The notes beneath the pieces were generated by a model. The model ran no database searches and was not told where the DNA came from. It worked only from the letters and a program-made list of their open reading frames with translations. A program made the position numbers and the translations under genes. A stretch of 56,802 bases of DNA, counting the filler, from Sphacelaria rigidula (Eukaryota): NCBI GenBank assembly GCA_964200075.2. It is 4 parts of 4 records of this genome, joined end to end, with 100 filler letters (N's around TTAATTAATTAA, not from the genome) between each part and the next. Parts side by side here need not be neighbours in the genome. Positions count along the whole stretch, not along the records: positions 1 to 14,127 come from CAXNAA020002444.1; positions 14,228 to 28,354 come from CAXNAA020002445.1; 2 more parts are not named here. One strand, given 5' to 3'. Positions 10,284 to 23,700 of the stretch are shown piece by piece; the first letter of the stretch is position 1, and the number at the start of each line of letters is the position of its first letter.

Positions 10284-12888
10284 TCATGGATCTAAGCGAT
10301 CCGAAGTGAAGGTACCAAGGTTTCTGGTGTTGGGATTCGAGCAATGTGTCGGTCCCGTTCGCTGGTGTCTACCAGCGGAAGCATGATTGGCGCGAGAAGT
10401 ATAATCTCGTTGGCTAATGCCAGAACAATGGTTGTTGTTGTGTCGGCGCTCGCGATTAGAGCGATAGTTGCCGCGAGAATTCGAATGGTGGCGATTATTA
10501 CGATTCGGAGTACGATAGTCGCGCATTCGTTTCTGACATCGGCGCCACGCGGGTTCATTGCTCTGTAGTCCAGATTTCATTAGATCGAACGCATTTATGC
10601 ATGAGTTGCACACAGTCACGCATGCTGTGGCCTTGTACATTGCAATTGATACATTTGTTGGCGTGGCGGCTGAAAGCGTCGTGTCTAGCCGAAGAAGACA
10701 GAAGCGGGTTCCACAAATGGGGATCATCCGTCACAAAAGCTGTTGTAGAAGTCGAATAAACATCGTCTCATATCTCCTCAGAGTACAGCCAAGCGTCAAA
10801 ACTTGCGCAGAATGGATCTTTGTTACTCCTAACACTCATTATTGAACCGGCGACAGAGGCGGGGGTCCATGTAGCACGAGATGAACTCGCATTCCGTCCG
10901 CGAGACCTGTAGGTTTTCGCGGAGGAGACATTGGCAGGCTGTGAACGCGGAGACAAATGTTTGTCACCCCGGATGGCGGGAGTGAGATTGCTTTCTTGAT
11001 GGACAAAAGCTGTCCACACTACGTCTACGGAAGCGTAAGGCACCTCGCGGTGTGCTAGGGCACCCGGAAATAACGACGGCATCAATGCCCGGAATTGCTC
11101 AGACACACTCGTACGGACATAAGACTGACACATAAAATCAGAAGGCCCTCTCTGGCGTCCAGTTCCCAAAGTGCTGGAAACCAACAACTTGAACTGACGA
11201 AGGTAGTCGGAAGAACGCACGTCCGTGGCGACACCAAACGATCTTAGTCGCTGAATGGAGCTACCCTGGGTACTACGATCGAAATAGCTGGTCAAACGCC
11301 GCTCCAAATCGCGGAGTATCGTCGGACCAGTTGGCCCGGAGGCACGGTCCGAATCTATCGCTGCGATTAACCTATGGATGATCTGCGTCAGTGAAGAAGC
11401 GAGGACGGGCGAGCGGCGAGAAATGGCGTGGTGTAGGGCCTCATGTGACGGCGTCTACCAACCATCAACCCAGACGGGATCTTCGAACCGCTGAGCACCC
11501 GTGCGATCCGCTAAATGCAGAATATTGTGTACAGTACGACGGATGAAGTGAATAAGACTCGAGGCAAACTGTCCTGAGTCCTCATTGTCCGCTGCGGGTA
11601 TGGTGTTAATATGCCAAAATTTCTTGACATTCATCTGTATGTACTCTCTCTGGATAGCAGCTACCCGAGCAACCTCAGCCTTAGCAGCTGCTGCAGTCTC
11701 GCAGGCTGCGGTCTGTGCTTGGCTAGCCGCGGCGGCAGCTAAAGTGAGGGCCGAGGTCGAAGATAAAGGTCGATCTTTGTCATCAGTGTCAGACAAACCT
11801 AAAACCTCGCGGAAAACATCAGCTAAACGAGGAGTTTCTTGCCTAACATTGATAGAGTTGACTGACGGCAGATCAGCCATTGACTCATTCCGGTGACGGG
11901 GATTGCGGGGCGAGCTGTCCGACGAGCCAGGTCCCGAACGTTTCCAGTTTGGGTGCTGTTTGCTACGGACCGTCCGTCGAGAATTAGATCCTCGGCGTCC
12001 GCCACCGGAGGATCCGGAACCGTCACGGCGACCCCTGCGTCCGTCACCCTGGCAGTCATCATTGCCGCCGTTGTGGTTGTGCGGCCCACAATTTGCGGTG
12101 ACCGGAGTCCATCCGTCATCATCATTGTTGTCGTCGTCGTTAGCGGAGGTGCCGGACTGAGACGCGTCCCGTAAGGCTTGCAAAAGGCTATGGACGGCTC
12201 TGTTGTAGGTATCGGCACCATCATTGGGACCCGTTCGGGCGTGTGCCACAAGCTGGGCGAGCGTCAGAGCATGCGGGTCTGCCATCGGAAGTTGCGCGCC
12301 TTGGTCCAGATATAGACCCAAGGGAACTAAGACCCGACGGTAGACGGTAGTCCACGCGGCCTTGAAGCTTTGTAGGGGGTTACCCACCGAAAAGTCGGCG
12401 GGGAAATCTCGCACAGTATGCACGAGCCAAGTGGCCTCGTGAGAGGAGAGAGACAGGCAGGGTTCGCCCGCGGTCGTCGCTCCAGGGCTGGCGACTTCCG
12501 ATTTGCGGGGTACGCGGTACCCCGCGAATGGCGAAGAGACTGCGCCCGATGGTGGGGGAGCCTGAAGCGACGTCGCGCGCGCCCGAGCGGCCTGATGGTC
12601 AGACAGTAAAGTCGTCGCGGACGCAGCGTGCTCAGCGGTCCGAGTAATATGGGCCACCAGCTCTTTCGTCTTACGTTTACTGGCTGCTACGACCGTTTAG
12701 TGTTCCGCGTGAGCCCGAGGGGCAGCGGAGTGGGCGGCGGTAGAGACAGTGGCGTTTCGTTGCAGGTTAGCCTGCCGGGTGTTAAATTCCTCCCGGAGGA
12801 GGCGAACCGCGTTCTCGTCAGCAGTGCTGGCATTGGGAATATCCCGCGATGTTGGCGCCAGGGCGGTAGGCGTAAGAGTCGGCGACGG
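10284..12888 (-). pseudogene. gag-like region with CCHC zinc knuckle, interrupted
   Basis: ORF pieces 11455..12657 and 10768..11307; knuckle CINCNVQGHSMRDC at about 10612-10653; lies upstream of the protease. Confidence 0.8.
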
Positions 12889-13344
12889 TGTAATGGGGTT
12901 ATGCCGGGTGTATGGTAGACACGCCTTACTTGCAAGGCAGGAGGACCAGACAAAAGGCCTTACACACCAGCTGAGGGGCAAAGAACAGTTCGCTGATGTT
13001 CTGTGTCCTAGGTATCACGTCAGTTCCACGCGCAGGTTATGATAGTGTCACTTCTTGATTTTTTAGTTACTTAATCTCCCAATTACTTCTCAGTGCTCAA
13101 CCTCTTTCTCTCCCAGGCGGTCAGCCGGAGATGTGAGAGTTTTCTTGTCGGGATGAAGCGGTGTGTTCACCAAGGGCGATCTCACGACTATTATCCTTCG
13201 CTATATGCGAGTTCATACCCATACCTGGCCAACTCTGAACAGACCTGTAATCTTGGAATAACCCCTGAAATACCATATCATCTAGGTAGACCAGTCAACG
13301 GGTCTGAGGCGGCATGATAGAGGCTAATATGCTTCCTCATGACA
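12889..13344 (-). repeat. 5' LTR (456 bp)
   Basis: Direct repeat of 2765-3237 with TG...CA termini. Confidence 0.97.
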
Positions 13345-14127
13345 GTTTATTGTACTGTCCTAAAATGTACGACAATCAATCATATGCACAGGCAGTTTTT
13401 ACCTGTTTACATATAATCAACCATGCTTAGCAACATTTATGCAAAACAACAAGGCTAACAAAAACATAATACACACTTTACTGATGTGTCTTCGTTGTAC
13501 TACTTTTTGTGCTCCAACGCTTATAAGCGCGACTGTGAAAGCTAGTTGATGCTCGACTTCGAAGCATATGGGCGTAGTGTGGAATCAAAAACTTCTGGGC
13601 ACAGGTTGATAAACGAACCCACCCCTGCACGGTACAATACTCGCGCTAGACAGTTGCAAATAAAGCAAGGCCCTACATCCCGATGCAGTAAAAACAATAT
13701 CGAAACCTCAAATCAATTACGACGTGCTTGCAAACCATGCGCTATGGGGTACAGCCAATCTCCCCTCAAATTATTTTTTGGGGAAAATTCCCGATACTTA
13801 TGTACAGTCAAACGAGCAATAAAATGATATACGTCCATACCATGGTTTGCTGCGCTACCAGTCAAGGATTCAGTAGAGAACGGTGAGTAGGGGCGTTCGG
13901 GATGTCGCTGGATCCGTACTCGATAATGATGTTGGAGTTGCAGTCGCGTTCGGTTATCTCGTCGTTTGGAGTCATCCTACGATAGGGGGTGGGGGATTTT
14001 GGGCCACTTCTTGCACGAAATTCCAAGTCAAATCGTCCTTATTGTCGATAGCACCGCGACTAGTTCACCGTTAGGACAATGATTCGTCAGTAAATTACTT
14101 GGTTTTAGTATAATAAGTTGACTCGTG

Positions 14128-14227
14128 NNNNNNNNNNNNNNNNNNNNNNNNNNNNNNNNNNNNNNNNNNNNTTAATTAATTAANNNNNNNNNNNNNNNNN
14201 NNNNNNNNNNNNNNNNNNNNNNNNNNN
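14128..14227. other. Artificial contig linker (N44-TTAATTAATTAA-N44)
   Basis: Exactly 100 nt; the central 12-mer has stop codons in all six frames; identical to the other two linkers. Confidence 0.98.
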
Positions 14228-17200
14228 TGAAGTGCATATAAATTTCTTTTTTTCTTGGCATCCTCGGGAAGGTTGTGCGTTGTGATGATATAAATATCGT
14301 GTCAATATTTCAGCGCCCAACGCTTGGGATTACCCACTGTCAGCTGGCCCAGCTTGTGCAGTATTTTTCTGCGTTGTTTGTTTGCCATTAGAACTGACCT
14401 TGGACGCGGAGGGGTCCCGGCGTCGCTGACGACAGTATGCTTGTGTTTGCACGCTATGTTTTGAGCAGCGACGTCGCGCGCCACCGCAGCTACAACGGCA
14501 TGCACCTACTTGAACTATCTTCTCTGCTAACGGGCAACGCTGTTGTTTCCATGAAAGAGGATGGGAGAATATATTTACGACTACAAACACAATCGAACGC
14601 GGCGCAATTGCCGCCGGCTCCTTTCGGGTACCGAGTTTCTTTGTACTCAGGAGTATCTGATGCGCGTTTCCACCGCATGTCATGTGTCCCAACACCCCCC
14701 ACTGAGATGGCAATATCTCAATACACACAGCAGATCCAAAGACAAATCAAATTGCTTCGTGTAGCTAAAATGCATCTCTATCACCTGTCGACGTCACGGC
14801 TGCGCGTATCCTTGCCGTGGATGAAAAACTCGATGTATAGTAAGGATCATCTTTCGCAATTTCCGCGCGATCCCGAGAACTAATTAGCGCGAGTGACATG
14901 TTAAACGATGGCTATTAGCAATTACTACTTGCCTCTTTAGTTTCAGCGGGCTGCTAGTCGTGCAGCGCGAGTTATCTGCGATCGCGTGTAGGTCGGCCAT
15001 ATTGGAAAATGGCTTCTGGGCTTGTACAGATTTCTGTGGCCTTTTTCCCGGTTATCCGTCGATCGTTCGTGTGCTGTACTGGATGGAATTGAACCGGACT
15101 TCGACGGAGGGGTAGTGTAGGATAAGTACTACAGCTGTGCATCAGCATAGTTGTCATTGTTCTGCCCTGTTGACTTATTACACTTCACCAAGTCGCATTT
15201 TGGGGGTGGTGATGAAAAACGTGACACTAACCCCCGGCGTAACACTGACTTTCCTTGGGCATTACTTTTTTGCGGCCACAACTTGCACTCAACTTGTTTT
15301 GCTACTTGTGGACAAGAAAGTATGATATTATGCTCGTTTATCCGCGTGTAACCTCGCTGACAATTGAACCCTACAATACAGCAGCAGTACCACGACAACA
15401 TGCACAAGGTATATACCTTTTTCTGGCCAGCGTTCCACTCCCACTGATATTCTATCTGCACTTGAAATCTAAGTGTGCCAGAACATAGGAGAGGGACAGC
15501 TTCTCGGTGAGTCTCAAGACACGCGACACACAAAGGGAGCGAGTTCTGCGCAATCTGATTGCAATGGAATATTACTATGATTCTAACATCGAACGATGGT
15601 AGGTGGATACGGCGCACCCTTCTCTGCCCTATAGAAAATTGCGCTGCCGGCACGACCAAGGACCGCCACCAGCCGCGGCGTACTCAACCATCATGCACAC
15701 CCGCACTTGGATCCCTACATTCACTACAATAGACTCACGAAATGACCAGAAAATATTGCACGATTAGTCGTCCAGTCGGTCTCGAGCACCGAATTTGAAC
15801 TCACCCATAAGTTACGGCGGAGAATGATCGCTGTCGCACTCTGCCCCTCTCTGCTGTAGCCGATGTCGGCAGTACACCCCTCCCTCTCAGAGTTGCTCCA
15901 ACAGCTTTCATCACCCCGCAGCTTGTTCAAACTAGCCGAACGAAAGGATAGCGAAGTGTAGCACCAGCGCTGCGAAACAGTAGTTTCGACAAGGAGCAGA
16001 GGAAGTTTGAAACACCTTGATTGCCAAGGGTTGTGTCCTGAAGACACGGCTCCGACTGTGCTGCCGTCTTGCTGTAGATATGGACAAGGACGGACGAAAA
16101 CGCCAACCAACAACCAGCTTTGCCCTTCCTCTGTGACTATCGGTACAGTACTCAGATCTGTCGTCACTTGTTGCACGTCCCGGGCTTCTATCTCTCACGG
16201 TACACAATGATGGACAGACGCCTTGCAATGGTAACCTTGCCTCAAAAAGGTGATTGAGCAATTGCCATCGTTTACAAGGCGATGTGTCTATTACAATGCA
16301 TGCACATGGCACCACACGAGCGCAGCTGGTATTGAGCTACATCGTGACCCGTAATCAACTAATGAGAAGTCATCCGACAGCAACACTTTCGCCTCGAAAA
16401 ATGGGCATCTCAGACTGGAGTCTGCACTCTGTAACGGTTTGGGATTGCTGCTCGCTGTCAGGCTTCGGAGACGAAGAGATTGCGTGCCAGAGCGTGAGCC
16501 AAGATGTAGTAATACTCTGTTGCGCTATCGAAGGTACCCAGGGTATTCTCTGTGTTGCATACTGCTGCGCCAACCTCTGTCCCAGAGCCTGGAGCTGTGA
16601 GATACGGTTGTCGGTTATGGATGAAAAGGTCGAGGACACATCTGATGATTGGGAGGTGGTGGAATTGCTTAATCGAACGTCGAGGTTGCCGAGGGAACGT
16701 GGTCGTCCCGACCGTTTGTATTCACAAGACGCAGAAAGGTGATACAGCTGTGGTGCATAATTGTAGACTAGCGTGACTCTCACACGAAAACCACATCCTC
16801 TATGGTTACAATAGTTCAATTGTCGTTGCCCGACATGCATCGTGTCAACGTGCAAATGTAGAATCCTGTCGGTTGTGATGCCCGCTACAACTTGACTCTC
16901 TCCTGTCGTATCAAATTTCAATTTTTGATTTTGAAATCTCCTTGCGCGTGCGCAACAGTAGTCAGCACAAACAGTGGGCAGTACGGTACAAACAACATCC
17001 AGATCGGCCGATGGCTGGCACATGCAACCTCGAATGAGAGAATTTCAACCCCGCCGTAAGGTCCCTTGAGGGTGTTGAGAAATATCGCGTTGCAAGGCAG
17101 CCGACAGTAGCGCTCTTTCCCGGCAAACAGTGCAGTCGAGTGTCGGAGAGTAGAATTCTACCCCATCGCTTGGCGCACATTTGTGGTGCGGCGACAAAAC

Positions 17201-17741
17201 CCCACACCAACTCGTTCAAAGAGCACCGACACGCTTGAGTCGTCCTCCTTCCCCCTTCTACTGTCAGTACTGGCTTTATCTTCACTTCCTAGTCTTCAGT
17301 TCTCGACATTGCCCCCTATGTTTGCCATATATGTGTCGGCATTTTTTGGCGAGCCATCAACCGTGTGCAACGGAGGATAACACCCCCCGCGCGCGCGGAC
17401 CCGCGAGCCCGCGCGTTCGCGCAGCTGTCGAAACCGGATGTTTTCAACCTCGATTTTCTGTCTGAAGAAGGCTCTGTACCCCTGAGAGGATCGCTGCATC
17501 GAAATATCTAGTACAGACGAGATGATCATCGCATCGATACTTTCGGCGTGGTCACCTTGATCTCGGAGGCAGTCGATCTCGAAAACCTCGTTGCCGACTG
17601 TTGCCCAGGTTGTTTGACTCTATCACTTACAAGTACTTTACACTACCAACAGCAGTACACTGCCTCGTTGTGCATTGTGCATCGTGCACCTCGCCTTCAC
17701 ACCATCTATGGTACAGTACTCGAATAAGTCGTAAATGCAAA

Positions 17742-20700
17742 ATGCAACTCCCCCTCAGCCCCTCAGCACCTTGGCTCGGAAAAAGGTGCCTCGGCGCTCT
17801 TTGTCACTCGTGTGTTTTGACATCTCTCTGTTGTGTTTGTGGAAAGCCAGCAGGGTAGTCAGCCACTTGATGTCGTTTAACAAGCAGATCAATTGAAGAG
17901 CCCTACTTTGCAAAGGTCAACTCGAAATATCGACATTTTCTTGGCAACATGTTGGCAACGGTACTCGGTTCCTGAATGTGAACTTTCAACAAAATGTAGG
18001 TTCATGCGGGAGTTAGCATCTGGGTCCGAAGCAAGCGATACTGCAGAAGACCGGTTTTCGGCGTGGGACGACGGTGCTGAGTATGCTCGTGCTGCTGAGG
18101 TCGCGGGTGTGGATGTCGGCGGCATGCTGGAGGCCGGGGTAGATGCGAAGAAACTCTTGGACTTTGTGTCCAACTACAGGCGGGCGGAGGGTGAGATATA
18201 TATCATCAACAGCTCCACAGCACCGCTACTTGTGGGCCTTTTCTCCGCATGAGCCTAAAATCCTTGGAAATATGCAGGGCGTCTTCATGGGACGATGGGA
18301 CGGAATGGAACGGGGCGATCCGTTACGTGGGAGGGCACGATATGGGTACTTTTCTCGTTACCTACTAAAGGCCTTTACTCCGTGAGGTCTTTGAAAACCG
18401 TTACATACGATACGAATGTTGTCGATTATAGCATATTTATTCTAGATATGGCGCAAATATGGGCGTAAGTAGAAGATATATGATCCAAATATATTCATGT
18501 ATTATGTATAACCACGTCACACGTCCAACGACGACGACTGTGAGTTTGGGACTCGCAATCGTCGAATTGGTCGTCGTCGTTTCGCACATTTGGTCGTATG
18601 AGTCGACTCTTAGTCGTCGCTATGTTTCGAAATTAGTCGTACGAATCGACTCTGTCAGTCGTCCTTATTTTTCTAGTATAGTCGCATAAACCGAGTTCCA
18701 GTGGTGGCTTCCTATTGGAGTGTGCGAAACAAATATTCGGGTAAGAGTTCTCCTGACCAAAATTACAAGTTCGTCGGAAATACCGAGTTTAATTCATTTT
18801 GTTCGGCTACACCTCCATATTTCCGTTGATCAGTGACTTGGGTACCCCTGAGCGAACGGCGGGTACCCCGCCTTCGTTTGAGAACGTGCGTTAAACAGTG
18901 TAGCGCAGTTTCGCAGTAGCCAGAACATCACAACGCAGTGCTAGACGGGATCCAGACAGCGCCCGAAAGGAAGTGTCTGCGACATCGATAGTATGTCCAC
19001 GCTTCAGACACCCCTAGATCCTCTTGTGCTGCCTTGCATCCTCGTATGGAGGACGACAATACTGTACGCTTCCTCATGACATACTATTACACAGTCCCTA
19101 TTCCTCATGAAACTCGAGCTCTGCCGCCCGCAGTTGCGTGTGAGCGATGCGGAAAAACATTCGAACCTGTACACGCTTTTAACGCAGAGGGTGCAATGCG
19201 GTGATTGACTTGCATCTGTCTGTTGGGATGCCCTTGCAGCCTAGATACATTGCTCGATGCGTTGCCGTTTTGGAGTATTCCAACGGAGGGAATTCTTCGG
19301 GCTTTTGCAGGGATGCGCACCCTGCCTATTCGAATTGTGACGAGCGCTCGGAATTCGGTCCCCCTCGATTACAGTTTCACATGTACATGTCGAACGACGA
19401 CGACTCTGAGTCGTAGGAATCGAATTAGTCATACAAGTCGACTCTTGCGCGTCGCCATTTTCCGAATTGAGTCATATAAGTCGACTCTGACTCGTTCGAA
19501 TTCAGCCCCAGGAGCCGACTCTTAGCTTAGTCATCGCCATATATCGATTTCAGTCGTCGGACACGTAAATCACAAGTAAAGAGTCGTAAGACGTGTGAGA
19601 ATTTATATATGGTCGATTAAAGGGGGAAAAGGGGTCTGTCGTAAGTGGACTGAGAGGTATGCGACAAAGTTAGAATTTTGCCAGTGCTTATGCCACTTGT
19701 AGATCAAATATCCTGAGATAATTCGCTTTTTCACACTTGAGTATGTTGGACACTGCATAGTATATGTCGCGCAGCTAATCTTCATGAGCTTCAATGAGCT
19801 TCTTGGAGGTGGAGCATCGTGGGTTTTGGATGTATGGGTGTGATGGGTTTCCACCAAACGTGCGCCACAGTATACTGGAATATAACTCCATACGTTCAGG
19901 GGGCAACTAGTATTTACTGGATACCCTCCTTCCCAAAAGCACCAAATGGCAATTATTGGAACGTTCGCATTTTTTTTCGGATTTACAGAGCTCCGTGGTA
20001 CCGGTATGACTGAAGCGTACTTGCTCGTAATGGCTTGCAACAGCACCAGGACGAACCGTTTCTTTTTTTCGTACTGTTCGTTCGTTTTGTTTTGTCTTGT
20101 TTTGTCTTGTGTGTGTGCGTGCGTGTGTGTGTGTGTGTGTGTTTTTTTTTTCTTTCACGAGTCATTACGCAGGGGCCGACCAGTTCTCATTTCTTGTTTG
20201 TCATTATTGTTGTCGTCGGGATCGAGTTTCCTTGTTCACCTTCATCTCCTCGTCTTTACTTTCCTCTTCTTGTATCCACTGCGCACCCCCGTAGCCCCTA
20301 CAGTCCCACAGGTGTGCCGTCTGTAGTTCTGCGCTGTAATGACTGCACCACTATACCGCACTCTGTTAATTGAAGCTTTGCCAAATACGACGGGTATACG
20401 CAAAAAACGCTTTGTTCCATTCCCCCTTGCTCTAGTATATGCAAAATATATGCGCAAGGGTGTAAATATGTGCACAATAATGCCAATATATGCAAGACGC
20501 AATGTGCGCAACGAAACGCACAGTTGTTGCATCCAAAGGCGGAAATGTGTGGAGTACGTGGAATGAATAGTAAGGATGTGGAAAGGAGTCGTACATACCG
20601 CACGACTGTGTATCGTGAAAAGCTAGTTGTGGACATTCCGGTAGAGGTAGACACTGCAGTCGTTAGCCATACAATTTTGGTTCGAAGCGTGCACTGAACA

Positions 20701-23700
20701 TCCAGGTGTTGTTCACGTACAAAGTTCAGACTCTGTTGAGGAAAAACAGGCGGCCGGCTCAGTTCTTCTCGGAGTCCTCCCGCGACGGCAGCAAGACATA
20801 AAACAGTGTTGCTTCTGTTGATATTGTACGCTCACAAGCACGTTGAATAAACACACAAGACAGGACGCTTGTGCTACGAATTTTTCGGTACCTTGCGTGC
20901 AAGTTGTAAGTATAAAGGTACGAAACGGTGGAGACATCACAATGCCGTTATCTCGCCAGAGTCAGAGTGAGTTTCCGCCCCACAAACTGCTACGACTGAT
21001 GTGCCTCAAGCTGCTGCCGATTGCATCTGTGCATGACTCGATCGTGCAATCGCAGCCTTCGTTCTGGTAGACTGACTCATTCCAGTTATGATGTTTCCTT
21101 GCAGGCGAACAGCTGAGGCTACTAGATAATCAAAACCTAAAGTTCGCCACCAGTCAAGTGCTGCGTAATGGGAGGCGAGCGCGTGCTGAAGCTGCGAGTA
21201 CTCCGACAGAAGATGTCCGCTCCTCCAAGAAAGGTCCAGCTTCTCGTGAGTCTTCCAGGATTTGTGGACTTGTGGACTTACTCCTGTCTTGACGTCGAGA
21301 ACATGCGGTACTGTACTGTATTACATGTGCCTTCTTGCTGTGAGATTCAACTGAAGTCGGCGCGTTGAATGCTACTGTGCTATGATTCACAGTGCACTTG
21401 ACGCTTGACGGACCATCGCCCTTTGAGCGCCCGCCCTACGCTGTATCACTGTATCACTGTAAGGTTTTATCACATGCATCATGCCCATAATGATAGGCTT
21501 GTAGCCTGACCCCTCCCGTGCCTTAATGTGATGGAATAGGCGCCACTTCTCCGACGTTTGATGTTGCACAAGAGGGTAGCCAGTCACACACACGAACGTT
21601 CCAGCACCCACGGAGCGAAGACACACATGGCCACAATCGACCTGCTAAGGGTCCACGGCCTGCTAGTGCCACTCGTGGCGTGTTTGGCGAGGACGATGGA
21701 GCGGAAACAGCCAGACTGTGTGGCGAGCTGCTGCGCTACAGTTCCGCGTTGGAAGAGAAGGTGCAAGAGCGAGATGCGGGTAGCTTGCATGTTCAAATAG
21801 CAGCACGGCATGCATACATCTAGCAATTGCATTTGGTTTCGACCAAAAGGACGGAAGGGCATGTTCGTGAGGCGTTTTCGTGGCGTTCCGCGGCCGGCTG
21901 ATGGATATTTTCGCATCAGTTGTCACGGATCCATCTCTTGGACATGCCGCTTTATCGGTCTACGCTACCGAATGTACAGTTGCAGACACGTTTACTGTGT
22001 GTATTCCGTGTATCAATTGCTGCCTTTTCACGGCCATACGCATACGAGTCTGTGCCGTCATGCGATTTTTCGTGAGTTGTCTGTTGCTCGTTTCGTTTTC
22101 CTCGCCGCGCGTCATTTGGTCTGATACAGAGCTCCGAGACTTGCACGTCTCAGGGAGAGGGCAATGAAAACGATCCTCCGCCAAGTCGCAGACGTGAGCA
22201 AGCCCACCGGTCGCGAAGGAACAGGGAGAAGGACGCTCACACGACTGAGTCAGCACCTAGCGATGATTTAGGAATTGACCCTAGAGAGTCGAGACGATCG
22301 GTACCAGAGTTTTCGAAGGGCGGTGATGCTAGCTACCAGAGGCGCGGCAACCGAACCGCTGTTGATACCGCTGAAGAGTGGGATTGGGCAGAGGGCGTAG
22401 AGCCGCTCGATGCGTCACCTGCACGTTATGGCGAAAGAGGCAGGGCCAATGGTATGGGCAACGGACACCCACGACCCACTCCGTCGTACGCACTGCCGAC
22501 TAAGCACTTCAAGACTCTCGGAAGGTGTGGCGGTGTATCCTGTCTTTGCTGCATGAGAACCGATCAATTTATTGATGCCGACAAATCAAGGTGTTGCACG
22601 TGTCAAACCTATTTTATTGTACTTTTTTAGCGTCTCATGAGATACGGTTGAAGCCAGCGCGGAATCCCGAACAACGCAAATCACACCGAAGCTCCGTCTC
22701 CCCATGCTACATCCACATTCCTACGCCTGCGAGGGCCGTGAACGCGGGGTCCCTTTCCTGCGGGTCACGGTTTGAATTTTGAAAAAGTTCGACGTAACGC
22801 CTTTCAGCAGCTTGGTCTGCCCGTTGGCTCGAAATACCTCTGCGGCAACCAAAATCGACTTTCAGGTTTTCTGGATGGGATTTGGCGACAACAATGCACC
22901 GAGTGTCCTCGAAACCTCAAACCTCCCTGCAGACGGAGGGTTGTGCGGTAGTGCTGCAAAAAGTTGGTCTTGTTAAGCAAGCATGGCGAAATGCTTGGAT
23001 CTCGTGTTCATCAACTTATTATTGGGGGCGCATTTTGCTGTTTTCAACAGGAACACGGGACGAAATCGTTCTTTTTTCGCGGTAGGTTTGGTGCGTTGTT
23101 GTCACGTGGTCTGCAAATACACGTGACCAGTCAACGTTCTAAGCGACCAAAACCATGGTACCTATCCAACATCTCACACTACGGCCTGTCATGGCAGGTA
23201 GTGCCCCCATGCAGGAAAGCGAGTATACTACTGTAGTCCGTTATGTGGCGTTTTGATCTCAGATACGATGCACGTTGGATACAGAGATAGTGCGCGAATA
23301 TTGTCCATGTTCACAATGAGACTGACGTCATAATCCTACAGGACCAGGAACCGCAAACTGGGCGTCACCTTTGTTTTTTTTCCAGCTGTGATTGATCAAG
23401 AACGCAAAATGAATGCGTACGGAACGGAATCTTACATCCTTGCCATAAAAATGCGAACTTGTTGTTCCCGGGGCGGGGGGCAGTCTTCAGTTAAACACTA
23501 ATAAATGGGACGACAACACTGTAATGGCGCAAGGTGGGTCTCTCTCTCTTTACGTGCAGTCGGTTACGGGAGAAGATTTTGACAGCAAAGTTACCTCGGA
23601 TATTACCATGGTCGTCGTATTTTTCAAGGCTCCCTACGTTACACGTTACACGTACGTTACACGTCACAAACGTACGTCACAAGGGTGTGACGTAACGAAA

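Larger units (their letters stand above)
2765..13344 (-). mobile_element. Ty3/Gypsy (chromodomain-bearing) LTR retrotransposon, both LTRs present, coding region degenerate
   Basis: Two TG...CA direct repeats; near-TSD ggtta/gttta; minus-strand domain order gag-PR-RT-RNaseH-INT-chromo; many stops and frameshifts. Confidence 0.97.

Noticed and set aside
4172-12918. Many plus-strand ORFs inside the retrotransposon
   Set aside because: Antisense shadows of GC-rich gag/pol sequence with no motifs.
19068-19081. 14-nt match gcttcctcatgaca to the LTR end, suggesting a solo LTR
   Set aside because: Similarity does not extend upstream and no matching TG start with a TSD was found.
23051-23081. Alternative 31-nt micro-exon (RNTGRNRSFFA) of the coiled-coil gene
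   Set aside because: It has the same phases as 25480-25540, so both cannot be included together. I preferred the latter on peptide content; this cannot be resolved without RNA-seq.
23524-23640. Thioredoxin-like peptide SVTGEDFDSKVTSDITMVVVFFKAP
   Set aside because: The KAP part comes from the transposon TIR. Removing the element and one TSD gives VVVFF followed by a stop, with no WCxxC.
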